From positions 111,466 to 175,465 of the forward strand of contig JACPHU010000002.1 of the NCBI GenBank assembly GCA_016188495.1: a stretch of 64,000 nucleotides of DNA, in the 5' to 3' direction. The notes below the pieces were generated by a model, which ran no database searches, was not told the origin of the DNA, and was given only the letters and a program-made list of their open reading frames with translations. The DNA comes from Candidatus Uhrbacteria bacterium. GTDB lineage: Bacteria; Patescibacteriota; Patescibacteriia; UBA9934; GWF2-40-263. How positions within the stretch are numbered: the first letter of the stretch is position 1; every line of letters begins with the position of its first letter. Made by a program: the position numbers and the translations under genes. Of this stretch, positions 41,260 to 50,288 are shown in pieces.

Positions 41260-41704
41260 GTCTTCATTTATTCAACGAATGGTTCGATGGCGATTCTTGA
41301 TCGTACTGAATATTTTTGTCATTGTTTTTCTGGGAATTTCTTTTGGCCGGGAGATTATTCGTAATCATTCTATCGGGTCAGAAATTGCCCGGCTGCAAGA
41401 ACAGGCTGATTCGCTTGCGGCTAAAAATATAGAAATTTCTGAGTTAAAGACAGCTATTCAAACAGAATCTTATATTGAACGTGAAGCACGTTTAAAACTT
41501 GGAATGAAAAAACCTGGAGAAACCGTCTACGTCATCCAAGAACAAACCCAAGATCAATCTCAGACAGCTACAACAGATGATCCAAATGATCCATTAGGAT
41601 TGGTTATTCAAGATTCGGAGGATGCTGAGGCAGTTGCGAATCCAACCAAGTGGTGGTATTACTTCTTTGATAAACAATCCTATAATACGTTTAGGGATCT
41701 CTAA
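41246..41704 (+). CDS. Septum formation initiator (FtsB/DivIC family)
   Basis: TM, coiled coil, YIEREARLKLGMKKPGE. Confidence 0.85.
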   Translation: MPIPKSSFIQRMVRWRFLIVLNIFVIVFLGISFGREIIRNHSIGSEIARLQEQADSLAAKNIEISELKTAIQTESYIEREARLKLGMKKPGETVYVIQEQTQDQSQTATTDDPNDPLGLVIQDSEDAEAVANPTKWWYYFFDKQSYNTFRDL

Positions 41705-41851
41705 AAATGGCGTCTTTTCGTTTCATGGGCGCCCGCCGACCCCACTCTCCCTATGGGGAATAGGGTTCGCGGGGCTCGACCCGCCCGAACGAACGTTCGA
41801 CGGTCGGGCGGGCAGCCCATTCAACGAAAATCCATCCATTTTTAGAGATCC
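41695..41851 (+). mobile_element. Hairpin element, divergent family copy overlapping the ftsB-like stop codon
   Basis: 16-bp IR GGATCTCTAAAAATGG; shares inner modules with copies at 42964 and 50078. Confidence 0.7.
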
Positions 41852-41864
41852 TTCATTAGTAAAT

Positions 41865-42854
41865 ATGAATGATGAACCTCTCTGCGAACAGATCGTTGAT
41901 CCGTCAACCGAAGTGCCGGTTGAACACCAAGCGACCTCTCCAGTACCTACTTTTTCTAAACAGAAAACATTTTTACAAAATCCAAAAGTGAGGATTGTCG
42001 CCATTCTTTTGATTCTCGTTATCGGATTTTCATTGATGACTTGGCAGGTTTATGCTAAACCCGTCACCGACCCTTTTGTTCGCAAGGTCGTTCAGATCGT
42101 TCCTTATCCCGCTCTTTCTGTAGAGGGAACAACTGTGAGCATGAAGGATTTTCTCACCGAATATGATTCATTGAGTCGTTATTTTGAAAGTCTTGAAGGC
42201 CAGACAGCCCCTCCTGCCGATCAGTTAGAGGTTGCGATTGCCGATACTCTTGTAAACAAACTAGCGATTCAAAAACTAGCAAAAAATGACGGAATCACAT
42301 TAGACCAGGATCGAGTAGAAAAATATTACCAGGACATCTTGTCCTCTCAAGAGAGCGAAGAAGTCTTTACCAAAAATCTCCAAGAGACCTTTGGATGGAC
42401 TCCAGAAGAGTTTAAATCTCGCATTGTCGATTCTATTGTGTTGGCGTTGCAGATGACAGATGCTGTTCTCAATAATGAAGAGCTTCAGAAAGAGCGGTTA
42501 GCTCTGATCCAGAGCGCTTCTGAACGAGTAAAGACAGGAGAGGATTTCGAGACGGTCGCTAAAGAAGTTCACGCCTCGTTTAACGGCATTGAAAGCGATT
42601 TAGGCTTTATTCAAAGTTCCGTCATTCCAGAAAGCTGGTCCAGTCAGGTTCAGTCTCTTGAAGTGGGCGACGTGACAGAAATCATTACCTTGCCAGAAGG
42701 ATATGTGATTTTTAAACTGCTAGATCGTACGGGGGAAGACGACCAGACTCAACTTCATTTGCTTTCTATTACCGTTCCCAAGCAAAATCTTGAAGAAGTC
42801 GTAGACGCCTATTTAGATACCGTCACGGTTAAACGTTACGTCGGAGAGAAATAA
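41865..42854 (+). CDS. SurA/PrsA-like chaperone/peptidylprolyl isomerase
   Basis: TM anchor, SurA-N helical region, GEDFETVAKE..SDLGF parvulin-like region. Confidence 0.8.
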   Translation: MNDEPLCEQIVDPSTEVPVEHQATSPVPTFSKQKTFLQNPKVRIVAILLILVIGFSLMTWQVYAKPVTDPFVRKVVQIVPYPALSVEGTTVSMKDFLTEYDSLSRYFESLEGQTAPPADQLEVAIADTLVNKLAIQKLAKNDGITLDQDRVEKYYQDILSSQESEEVFTKNLQETFGWTPEEFKSRIVDSIVLALQMTDAVLNNEELQKERLALIQSASERVKTGEDFETVAKEVHASFNGIESDLGFIQSSVIPESWSSQVQSLEVGDVTEIITLPEGYVIFKLLDRTGEDDQTQLHLLSITVPKQNLEEVVDAYLDTVTVKRYVGEK

Positions 42855-42963
42855 AAACCCATTTTAAATTTATAAAGGAAAAGTGCTACTGATGAGGCAC
42901 TTTTTCTCTTGATCTTCCTGATAGCTCCTGTTATTATTTTCGGGTCTTAGAATATATCTTCAT

Positions 42964-43105
42964 GCTGTGAATGATGAAACTCGATGAGATTGTCTTGAAT
43001 GGGCTGCCCGCCCGACCGTCGAACGACTGAACAGGATTGATCGTCGTTCAGTCGGGCGGGCGGGCGCCCGAAAACCTCAAGATCGCGAGTTTCATCATTC
43101 ACAGC
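42964..43105 (-). mobile_element. Hairpin element in pre-tRNA-Thr leader
   Basis: 20-bp perfect IR GCTGTGAATGATGAAACTCG; family motifs on minus strand; ends 4 nt before tRNA. Confidence 0.72.
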
Positions 43106-43109
43106 TCTT

Positions 43110-43185
43110 GCCACTGTAGCTCAGTTGGTAGAGCAATGCTTTCGTAAAGCAGAGGTCGGCGGTTCAAATCCGCCCAGTGGCTCCA
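43110..43185 (+). tRNA. tRNA-Thr(CGT)
   Basis: GCCACTG acceptor, TT-CGT-AA loop, GGTTCAAATCC, encoded CCA. Confidence 0.95.
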
Positions 43186-43256
43186 GAAAAACTCTCATGT
43201 CTATGGGAGTTTTTCTTTAAAACAAAAAGAACTCTTTTCCAAGGGTTCTTTTTGTT

Positions 43257-43330
43257 TGGAGCGGGATACGGGAATTGAACCCGCTTCTTCAGCTTGGGAA
43301 GCTGACATATTACCAGTGTACGAATCTCGC
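43257..43330 (-). tRNA. tRNA-Gly(CCC)
   Basis: GCGAGAT acceptor, TCAGC-TTCCCAA-GCTGA, GGTTCAATTCC, CCA. Confidence 0.93.
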
Positions 43331-43340
43331 AGAAGATATT

Positions 43341-44279
43341 TTATCTTTCTATAACAGCCATTTCTTTTATTTCTTTCATTGCTTGTCGATAGCGTTGTTG
43401 TTCTTGTTCCATTCGTTGTTTTTGAGTTTGAATTTTTTCCTCGATTTCTGGCGATAGTTGAATTTCTGGATTTCCAACCAAACGTCGTAAGAGTTTACGC
43501 CATGTTGGATTTTCAATAGATTCCAATTCTTTTATCTGTTTATAGCGAGGTTTAATAAAAGCTCCTTTGTGGTCACTAATGGATGGTGGTGACGGATATT
43601 TTCGTTCGGCATCAGTCTCGACACCAAGGGGTTTGAAGATAAGATCATCACGAGTATCTTCCTTTTTTCTAAAAGACCCAAGAATTGCAGCTTTGTCAAA
43701 AGAAGCAGTTGAGAACGCGTGTGTAAGTAAATTTTGTGCAAGGTCTAATGTTTGACCTGAAAAAATAAAACTATCAACGATTAAAATGCGTGGCGGAAGT
43801 GATTTGAATGTTTCTTGTAATTCGGTAATGAGCAATTTTAATTTTTTGTTTGCCTCTTCCTGCCGAAAAAGCATGTATTCTTCTTGTCTATCATATCCAT
43901 ATTTTTTTCTGGATTCTTTTTTTATTTCTTTCATCGTTTTTTTATCATAGTAATGATCGTAATAATATTGCATTTTGTCATATCCAGTGATGAGTTCTCT
44001 GCCTACTTTGATATATTTTATTTCTGGAAATTTTTTGTCTGGAAAACGATGTTGCCATCGCGCATGAAGCAAATGCGACCAGATTCGAGCGCCTTGATCA
44101 AGAAAAATAAGGGCGTCATAGTTGGTTTGAGAAAGTTGATCCAAAAAATGATCTGCAGCCTCAAGCATCAACTCGCGGTCTTTTGTGTCAAAAATTTCAA
44201 ATTTTGATTTTTCAACAGATTCCATTTTTTTCAATGCCGTTGTTTCTGGAATAAATTTAGATCCACCTTCTTTCATCAT
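43341..44279 (-). CDS. Hypothetical protein with PRTase-like fold
   Basis: YDALIFLDQGAR and RILIVDSFIFSGQTL (degenerate PRPP loop); very AT-rich. Confidence 0.6.
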   Translation of the reverse strand: MMKEGGSKFIPETTALKKMESVEKSKFEIFDTKDRELMLEAADHFLDQLSQTNYDALIFLDQGARIWSHLLHARWQHRFPDKKFPEIKYIKVGRELITGYDKMQYYYDHYYDKKTMKEIKKESRKKYGYDRQEEYMLFRQEEANKKLKLLITELQETFKSLPPRILIVDSFIFSGQTLDLAQNLLTHAFSTASFDKAAILGSFRKKEDTRDDLIFKPLGVETDAERKYPSPPSISDHKGAFIKPRYKQIKELESIENPTWRKLLRRLVGNPEIQLSPEIEEKIQTQKQRMEQEQQRYRQAMKEIKEMAVIER

Positions 44280-44352
44280 AGAGATACGTTAAGGTTTAAA
44301 ATTATCTTCCTCTTGTGAATGTCTGTACTGCCGGGTATCATATAAAGGAATT

Positions 44353-45159
44353 ATGAGCATGACAAGAATTCTTTTTTCCCTTTCATTTTTTTTTCTTTCA
44401 TTTTTCCTGACACCTGTTTTTGCTCAGGAATTGGAAACAGTGGTTTCAACTCAGTTTGATGCGGCAACGATCGTAAAAGGATATACACTTGAATCCAGCG
44501 ATACGATCATGCGATTGGGGATCCGTCCTGAAACACTCAATGTTTCTACCCGAGTGGATGTGAAAACATTGGATCCTTCTCTCATGCAAGATACGCTTGC
44601 TTCTTTTGTTCAAGATCCAAACAATCCCGTATCGCCTCCTGTCCTTTTGGGAAATATTTATCTTTTTGATATCCTTAATAAAGAAAGTTACGATGGAAGC
44701 GATTTCTTTTTTTTGGAGATCAAATATCCCCAAGAGCAGACAAATGATCAGGACTTGCACGGTCGCCGTCGCATTTTTTTCTTCAATGGAGTGAAAAGCG
44801 TATGGGAAGAGCTTCCATCCGAGGATAGTCCTGATACGAAGTCCGTCCGCGCACTTATCCATTTGCCGTATGCACGTTTGGCTATTTTTGAAGATCAGAT
44901 CCCTGAAATAGGAGAGGCGAGCTGGTATGGTTATGAAGGTTGCGATTGCGCGGCCTCGCCTGATTATCCACAAGGAACTTCTTTGCTGGTTACAAGCATC
45001 AGTGATCCTACCAAGTCAGTGACTGTGCGCGTAAATGATTATGGTCCTGATCGCACGGTTTTTCCTGATCGCATTATTGATTTGGATAAAACAGCTTTTG
45101 CTAAGCTGGCGCCGTTGGGAGCTGGAGTGATTCAAGTTCAAGTAACATTGTTGCCATGA
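44353..45159 (+). CDS. RlpA-like double-psi beta-barrel exported protein
   Basis: Signal peptide; GEASWY, VTVRVNDYGP, RIIDL..AF.KLA. Confidence 0.82.
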   Translation: MSMTRILFSLSFFFLSFFLTPVFAQELETVVSTQFDAATIVKGYTLESSDTIMRLGIRPETLNVSTRVDVKTLDPSLMQDTLASFVQDPNNPVSPPVLLGNIYLFDILNKESYDGSDFFFLEIKYPQEQTNDQDLHGRRRIFFFNGVKSVWEELPSEDSPDTKSVRALIHLPYARLAIFEDQIPEIGEASWYGYEGCDCAASPDYPQGTSLLVTSISDPTKSVTVRVNDYGPDRTVFPDRIIDLDKTAFAKLAPLGAGVIQVQVTLLP

Positions 45160-45836
45160 TTCGTTTTAAAAATGTTTCCAAATTGTATCCGCCCAATATT
45201 ATTGGTCTGGATGGGATCAGTCTCCACGTTCAACCTGGAGAATTTGTTTCCATTGTTGGGAAAAGCGGAACCGGAAAATCCACGCTTGCCAAATTACTCT
45301 TCGCAGAAGAGAGGCCCTCTCGCGGGATCATCGAAATTGGGGGATGGGACATTACGCATATTCATGATCGGGACATTCCTTTATTACGCAGACAAATAGG
45401 AGTGGTTTTCCAAGATTTCAAGCTTCTTCAAAAAAAGACCGTGTACGAAAATGTGGCCTTTGCCCTTCAAGTAGCGGGGGTTCGTCCAAGACGAATTCGA
45501 GAGGTTGTTCCTCAAGTACTAGATATTGTAAATCTTGGGAATAAGCTTGCTCGTTATCCTAAACAGCTTTCGGGAGGAGAACAGCAGCGCGTGGCGATTG
45601 CTCGGGCTCTTGTTCATTCTCCAAAGATGTTGATTGCCGATGAGCCAACAGGGAATCTCGATACACTCAATTCGCGTGAGATCATGGACTTACTGAAAAA
45701 AATTAATGAATTTGGCACCACCATCGTCCTGGTTACACACGATCGGGAAATGGTAAATCGTCTCAGACGGCGTGTCATTACTCTTGAGGACGGGAAGATT
45801 GTGTCAGATGTAGAGGAAGGGCGTTATAAGCTTTAA
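45156..45836 (+). CDS. ftsE: Cell division ATP-binding protein FtsE
   Basis: GKSGTGKST, LRRQIGVVFQDFKLL, LSGGEQQR, ADEPTGNLD. Confidence 0.93.
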   Translation: MIRFKNVSKLYPPNIIGLDGISLHVQPGEFVSIVGKSGTGKSTLAKLLFAEERPSRGIIEIGGWDITHIHDRDIPLLRRQIGVVFQDFKLLQKKTVYENVAFALQVAGVRPRRIREVVPQVLDIVNLGNKLARYPKQLSGGEQQRVAIARALVHSPKMLIADEPTGNLDTLNSREIMDLLKKINEFGTTIVLVTHDREMVNRLRRRVITLEDGKIVSDVEEGRYKL

Positions 45837-45845
45837 AGGAGGAGT

Positions 45846-46760
45846 ATGTTTGTTTCTAGCTACCGTGTCGTAAAATTTGCTCTTCAAAATTTTTGGAGAA
45901 ATTTTTGGTTATCACTCATTACTCTGAGCATGCTTTTGCTCACGTTGTTTACGGTGAATATTCTCCTTGTATTGAATGTTGTCACAGATCGAGCTATTTC
46001 TTTGGTTGAGGATCGTGTTGAACTGTCTGTGTATTTTTATGATCAGACACAAGACACGACCTTGTCTTCCGCCGTTGCCTATTTGCGCGGACTCAGTCAG
46101 GTGAGAGATGTAGAGATTATTTCCGCGGACGAAGCTTATCAGCAATTTATTCAACGCCATGCAAACGATGCGCAGATCATGGCTTCTTTAGAGGAATTAG
46201 GCGAGAATCCGTTCGGTCCCACGCTTGTTATCAAAGCGGGTGAGGTGGGAGATTTTGAGATGATTATTGATGCGTTGGATAATCCTCAATTCCGGGACAG
46301 TATTCGTGAAAAGGATTTTTCCGATTATCAAAGTATTATTGAACGCATTCAATCAACGACAGATCGTATTCAAGTATTTGTTGTCATCCTTGCGGTTATT
46401 TTTCTCTTTATCGCCTGTTTGATTGTGTTCAATACGGTTCGTATTGGTATTTTTATCCATCGAGACGAGATCGGTATTATGCGATTGGTTGGAGCGAATA
46501 ATTGGTTTATTAAAGCTCCTTTTTTGCTTGAAATGGTCTTACTGAGCTTAATGGCGGTTGGGATAACGATCGGACTTATTTATCCCGCTCTTATTCTGAT
46601 TGAGCCGCAGGTGGGGGTATATTTCGGATCCCAATCAGCCGGACTGCTTGAATATTTTACTCAACACGGACTTCTTATTTTCGGCGGAGAATTTCTCGCA
46701 CTCGTCGTTATCACCTTTCTTTCAACAGGTATGGCGATGAAGAAGTATTTGAAGGTCTAA
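45846..46760 (+). CDS. ftsX: Cell division permease FtsX
   Basis: Follows ftsE; FNTVRIGI..RDEIGIMRLVGA..WFIKAPF. Confidence 0.92.
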   Translation: MFVSSYRVVKFALQNFWRNFWLSLITLSMLLLTLFTVNILLVLNVVTDRAISLVEDRVELSVYFYDQTQDTTLSSAVAYLRGLSQVRDVEIISADEAYQQFIQRHANDAQIMASLEELGENPFGPTLVIKAGEVGDFEMIIDALDNPQFRDSIREKDFSDYQSIIERIQSTTDRIQVFVVILAVIFLFIACLIVFNTVRIGIFIHRDEIGIMRLVGANNWFIKAPFLLEMVLLSLMAVGITIGLIYPALILIEPQVGVYFGSQSAGLLEYFTQHGLLIFGGEFLALVVITFLSTGMAMKKYLKV

Positions 46761-46795
46761 AATGTAGCGATCAAAATAATCGGGTTTAATCATTT

Positions 46796-47170
46796 ATGAC
46801 TTTAAAAAAACGAATTGAAATATCTGATTTTACAGCTATTTTTTCTCTCTCGCTTATTTTAGTTTGGATTTCTCATTTTTTATTTTTTACATTGACAGGG
46901 TCAAATGATATTAAAGATATTTTTGCCACAGGAGGTTTTCCCATAAGGTCTTTTTCTTATCCAGGTCCAGCGATGGGTAATGATCATGTTCCTCCCCAGA
47001 TGTGGGGAGGATTTGCTCTGAATATTCTTTTTTGGTTGTTTGTTTGTTCTTTTCTCTTTCAATTTTTTCCAGAAAAATATAAGTCAGAAAAAATAAGACG
47101 CATTATTTTTTGTAGCGCTATCATTCTTACTCTTTTTGGAAAGTTTTATTTTTTGTTGAAATTTGATTAA
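46796..47170 (+). CDS. Small AT-rich membrane protein
   Basis: 124 aa, 3 TM, TGGFP motif. Confidence 0.6.
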   Translation: MTLKKRIEISDFTAIFSLSLILVWISHFLFFTLTGSNDIKDIFATGGFPIRSFSYPGPAMGNDHVPPQMWGGFALNILFWLFVCSFLFQFFPEKYKSEKIRRIIFCSAIILTLFGKFYFLLKFD

Positions 47171-47183
47171 AGAGACTTAATAA

Positions 47184-47207
47184 GTTCGAATCCCTGTCTA
47201 TACACCA
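47184..47207 (+). pseudogene. tRNA 3'-end remnant (possible att scar)
   Basis: GTTCGAATCCCTGTCTATACACCA: T-loop, acceptor strand and CCA with no 5' half. Confidence 0.5.
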
Positions 47208-47243
47208 AAGAAAAAACAACCGTCAATGACGATTGTTTTTTCT

Positions 47244-47317
47244 TGGTTCCCGGACAGGGATTCGAACCCCGATACCCAGGACCAAAACCTGGTGTCCTGC
47301 CTTTAGACGATCCGGGA
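47244..47317 (-). tRNA. tRNA-Gln(TTG)
   Basis: TCCCGGA acceptor, CCAGG-TTTTGGT-CCTGG, GGTTCGAATCC, CCA. Confidence 0.95.
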
Positions 47318-47319
47318 GC

Positions 47320-47510
47320 GTAGTGAGCGTACAAACAAGATCAGATCTTGTTTGTACCGAACGGAGCGACCGGATCTGGCTCGAAGAGACAGATCCGGGA
47401 TGTAAACGTATTCCTAGGATCTAACGTTCATCAGATCCGGGATGTAAGCTCATTGCTAAATGGCGAGATCTGTCTCTCTAGACAGATCCGTGAGCTTTCA
47501 CACTCACTGC
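47320..47510 (-). ncRNA. Candidate structured RNA in the pre-tRNA-Gln leader
   Basis: Closing stem plus four hairpins, three with GGATCTG-type stems; 16-nt direct repeat; TTGAAA-17-TACTAT promoter at 47558-47530. Confidence 0.5.
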
Positions 47511-47586
47511 ATGTATCTTTGACCACGAAATAGTACCTAATCTCCCTTTTTCTTTCAAGAGCAGGAGATTAATTCTTTTTCCCTTG

Positions 47587-48390
47587 TTAATCAATGAATG
47601 TTTGTTCGAAAAGGATTTCTTTGCCATAAAAAAGTGAAGCTAAACCAGAAAGATCTTCGCGATTTGTTGTAAAGTACGTCCGTTCTCCTGTTTTAGATAA
47701 TCGTTCATCTAATTCCACATGTCTTTCCAGATAAGAAGCGAGACTGACGGCCGTGATGTCGCCTTGTGTCAAAAGATGGATTCCTGTTGGCAAATGAGCA
47801 CGAAACAGAGAAGAAACCAGGGGATAGTGGGTACACGCCAACAAGACCGCTTCTACTTGGGGATCTTGAATCAATAATTTTTGAACGCACTTTTTAACAA
47901 GCTGATCAGCCCGGTCACTCGTGTGTTCTCCTTTTTCAATCAGATCCACAAGATCAGGACAAGCGATTTGGGTCACTTTCATTTCCGGACGCAACTTATA
48001 GAGTTCATGAATATACGCTTGTGATTCAACAGCGGCAGGAGTGGCAAAAATTCCAACGCGTTTATTGTGTTTGGCCAAATATTCCGCTGCTGGACGAATA
48101 ACCCCTAATACGCGCCGATCTGGAAATTCAACGGGAAGAATTTCTTGTTGGATACGTCGCAACGCTTGAGCGCTTGCTGTATTACAAGCGATCACAACCA
48201 AAGGACATCCTTTTTTCAAGAGAAAACGAACACCTTGAAGGGTGAATTCAAAAATTTCCTCTTCTGACCGTACTCCGTAGGGTGTCCGTGCATTATCCCC
48301 AAGATAGATTGTTGAATAATGGGAAAGTCGTTCGTGAATAGGTTTAAGAATACTTAAACCCCCAAAACCAGAATCAAAAACACCAATCAT
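47587..48390 (-). CDS. murI: Glutamate racemase
   Basis: IGVFDSGFGGLS, GDNARTPYG, IACNTASA, LACTHYP. Confidence 0.95.
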   Translation of the reverse strand: MIGVFDSGFGGLSILKPIHERLSHYSTIYLGDNARTPYGVRSEEEIFEFTLQGVRFLLKKGCPLVVIACNTASAQALRRIQQEILPVEFPDRRVLGVIRPAAEYLAKHNKRVGIFATPAAVESQAYIHELYKLRPEMKVTQIACPDLVDLIEKGEHTSDRADQLVKKCVQKLLIQDPQVEAVLLACTHYPLVSSLFRAHLPTGIHLLTQGDITAVSLASYLERHVELDERLSKTGERTYFTTNREDLSGLASLFYGKEILFEQTFID

Positions 48391-48502
48391 AGTTTGCACA
48401 GGATAGCGAAAGTCTTGCATAAAGGGAAGTCTTTTTTTCAACAGTTTTTTGTGTGACCGTATTGGTTGGCATAAGAAGTTATTTATGGCACCATAGAGAC
48501 GT

Positions 48503-48997
48503 ATGTCAAAACCCATTTGTTTATTTATCGGTCGTTTCCAGCCATACCATATTGGACACCATATGGTCATTAAAGGAATGACAAAGGTGTGCCGCAAAGT
48601 GATTATTGGAATTGGAAGCTCAGATAAATCGGGAAGTAAACTCAATCCTTATACAGCCCAAGAACGTAAAGAAATGATTCAACAAGCCCTTCAAGATGAG
48701 GATATTATTCCGCTTTTTGATGTGGAGTTTATCAATCTTCCAGATCATCCGGATGACGACGTGTGGGCACAACAGGTTCTTGAGCATGCGAAACAGGTAG
48801 ATATGATTTGGACGGGGGATCCAGCAGTGAAAAAGTGTTTCGAAGGAAAAATTGAGATTAAGGAGATAAAAGAGGTTCCAGGAATCAGTTCCACCAGTAT
48901 CCGTGAAATGATCAAAAAAGGAGATTTAGACTGGAAGACAAAAGTTCCCGCTTCCGTTGTCAAAGCGGTACAAGATTTGGGAACGGATCGAATGTAA
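48503..48997 (+). CDS. Nicotinamide-nucleotide adenylyltransferase (NadM-like)
   Basis: FIGRFQPYHIGH, GIGSS, NPYTAQER, ISSTSIR. Confidence 0.85.
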   Translation: MSKPICLFIGRFQPYHIGHHMVIKGMTKVCRKVIIGIGSSDKSGSKLNPYTAQERKEMIQQALQDEDIIPLFDVEFINLPDHPDDDVWAQQVLEHAKQVDMIWTGDPAVKKCFEGKIEIKEIKEVPGISSTSIREMIKKGDLDWKTKVPASVVKAVQDLGTDRM

Positions 48998-49072
48998 CCT
49001 ATTCAACTTGACAGAATTCCTTATTTTTTGCAGAATTTGATTAATTAATTCTTTTTAGAAGGAAAATATCTT

Positions 49073-49312
49073 GTGATTAACGTAAAGCGCCGCAAAGGTG
49101 AAAGTTTTGAAAGTTTGTATCGACGTTTTAGCCGTCGTATGCAACAAAGTGGAACGACTCTTGAAGCCAAGAAAAATCGTTTCCATGTCGACGAACCTAA
49201 TAAGACGAGACAAAAAAAGTCCGCTCTTCGCCGTTTGGCTGTACGTATCAAGCGCGAATATCTTATACGTGTTGGACAGCTTGACGAAACTCAAACGATT
49301 TCTCGTCACTAA
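49073..49312 (+). CDS. rpsU: 30S ribosomal protein S21
   Basis: VKRRKGESFESLYRRFSR; upstream of yqeY-like gene. Confidence 0.88.
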   Translation: MINVKRRKGESFESLYRRFSRRMQQSGTTLEAKKNRFHVDEPNKTRQKKSALRRLAVRIKREYLIRVGQLDETQTISRH

Positions 49313-49320
49313 ATATTTGT

Positions 49321-50076
49321 ATGACTCTGGCAGAAACCATTTCACAAAACATGAAGGTTGCCATGAAAGCCAAAGACAACGCAACGCTTTCCACGTTGCG
49401 TTTGTTGCTTTCTGCGATAAAAAATAAGCAGATCGATGTTGGCCATGTCTTATCTGACTCAGAGATTCAAGACGTCGTGAAAACTCAGGTAAAACAACTC
49501 AAGGATGCTGTTGACTCTTTTACTCAAGGAGGTCGTGAGGATATGGCTCAGGCTTCTGCAGCTGAAATTCAGGTGCTTGAACAATTTCTTCCTGCACAAA
49601 TGAGCGACGAAGAACTGACTCAAATTCTCAAGAGAGTGGTTGAATCCAGCGGAGCGCAAAGTAAAGCAGATATAGGAAAAGTGATGGGGTCTGCGATGCA
49701 GGCGGTTGCAGGACGTGCAGACGGATCGCGTGTAAAGACGATTGTCCAATCTCTTTTGCCTGTTCTTATCCTGGTTGTGTTTGGAGCGATGTCTGCCAAT
49801 CATGAGACGGTCGCTGCGATTCCTTTGTTGGACACATTAAGTAACGGGACTCAATATACCGAATTACTTTTACGATTATTTCGTGTCCTTGTCCTTTGGT
49901 TGGGAATTCCCGCTATTACCATGATTTTAACCGGAGGATTTGAATATACCACCGCTTCTTATCGGGATGAAGTTCATCATCATTCCTTGAGCAAATTGAC
50001 CTTCGGTGTTTTTGCTACATTGATTATCGCTGCTTTATTCGCCTTTTGTACCATTATTCTTCAACAAATTCAGTAA
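49321..50076 (+). CDS. GatB/YqeY protein fused to a VirB2/TrbC-like pilin membrane domain
   Basis: AMKAKD..STLRLL.SAIKN, FLPAQMS, DIGKVMG; extra about 100 aa with TMILTGGFEYTTA..FGVFATLII. Confidence 0.8.
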   Translation: MTLAETISQNMKVAMKAKDNATLSTLRLLLSAIKNKQIDVGHVLSDSEIQDVVKTQVKQLKDAVDSFTQGGREDMAQASAAEIQVLEQFLPAQMSDEELTQILKRVVESSGAQSKADIGKVMGSAMQAVAGRADGSRVKTIVQSLLPVLILVVFGAMSANHETVAAIPLLDTLSNGTQYTELLLRLFRVLVLWLGIPAITMILTGGFEYTTASYRDEVHHHSLSKLTFGVFATLIIAALFAFCTIILQQIQ

Positions 50077-50077
50077 A

Positions 50078-50207
50078 GAGATCTCTCCAAAACTCGCGAC
50101 CTTCCCTTTCACGGGCGCCCGCCCTCCACACTCTCCCTATTGTGAATAGGGTTCGTATGGCTCAACAGCCCGTTCAAGGCAATCTCATCGAGTTTTGGAG
50201 AGATCTC
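50078..50207 (+). mobile_element. Hairpin element, family copy
   Basis: 19-bp perfect IR GAGATCTCTCCAAAACTCG; inner TTTCACGGGC..GCCCGTTCAAGGCAATCTCATCG. Confidence 0.72.
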
Positions 50208-50288
50208 AATAGATTTTTGAAAAGACAAAAAACGGGGATTGTTCCCCGTTTTTTTAATCACGTATACTTTCTTATAAAATAGTTCTGT

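Noticed and set aside
47390-47493. Possible mini-CRISPR array
   Set aside because: Only two exact 16-nt repeats plus a partial one, uneven spacing, intervening sequences pair with the repeats, no cas genes
43275-47533. Short ORFs 43275-43457, 47233-47424 and 47348-47533
   Set aside because: They overlap tRNA genes or the structured leader
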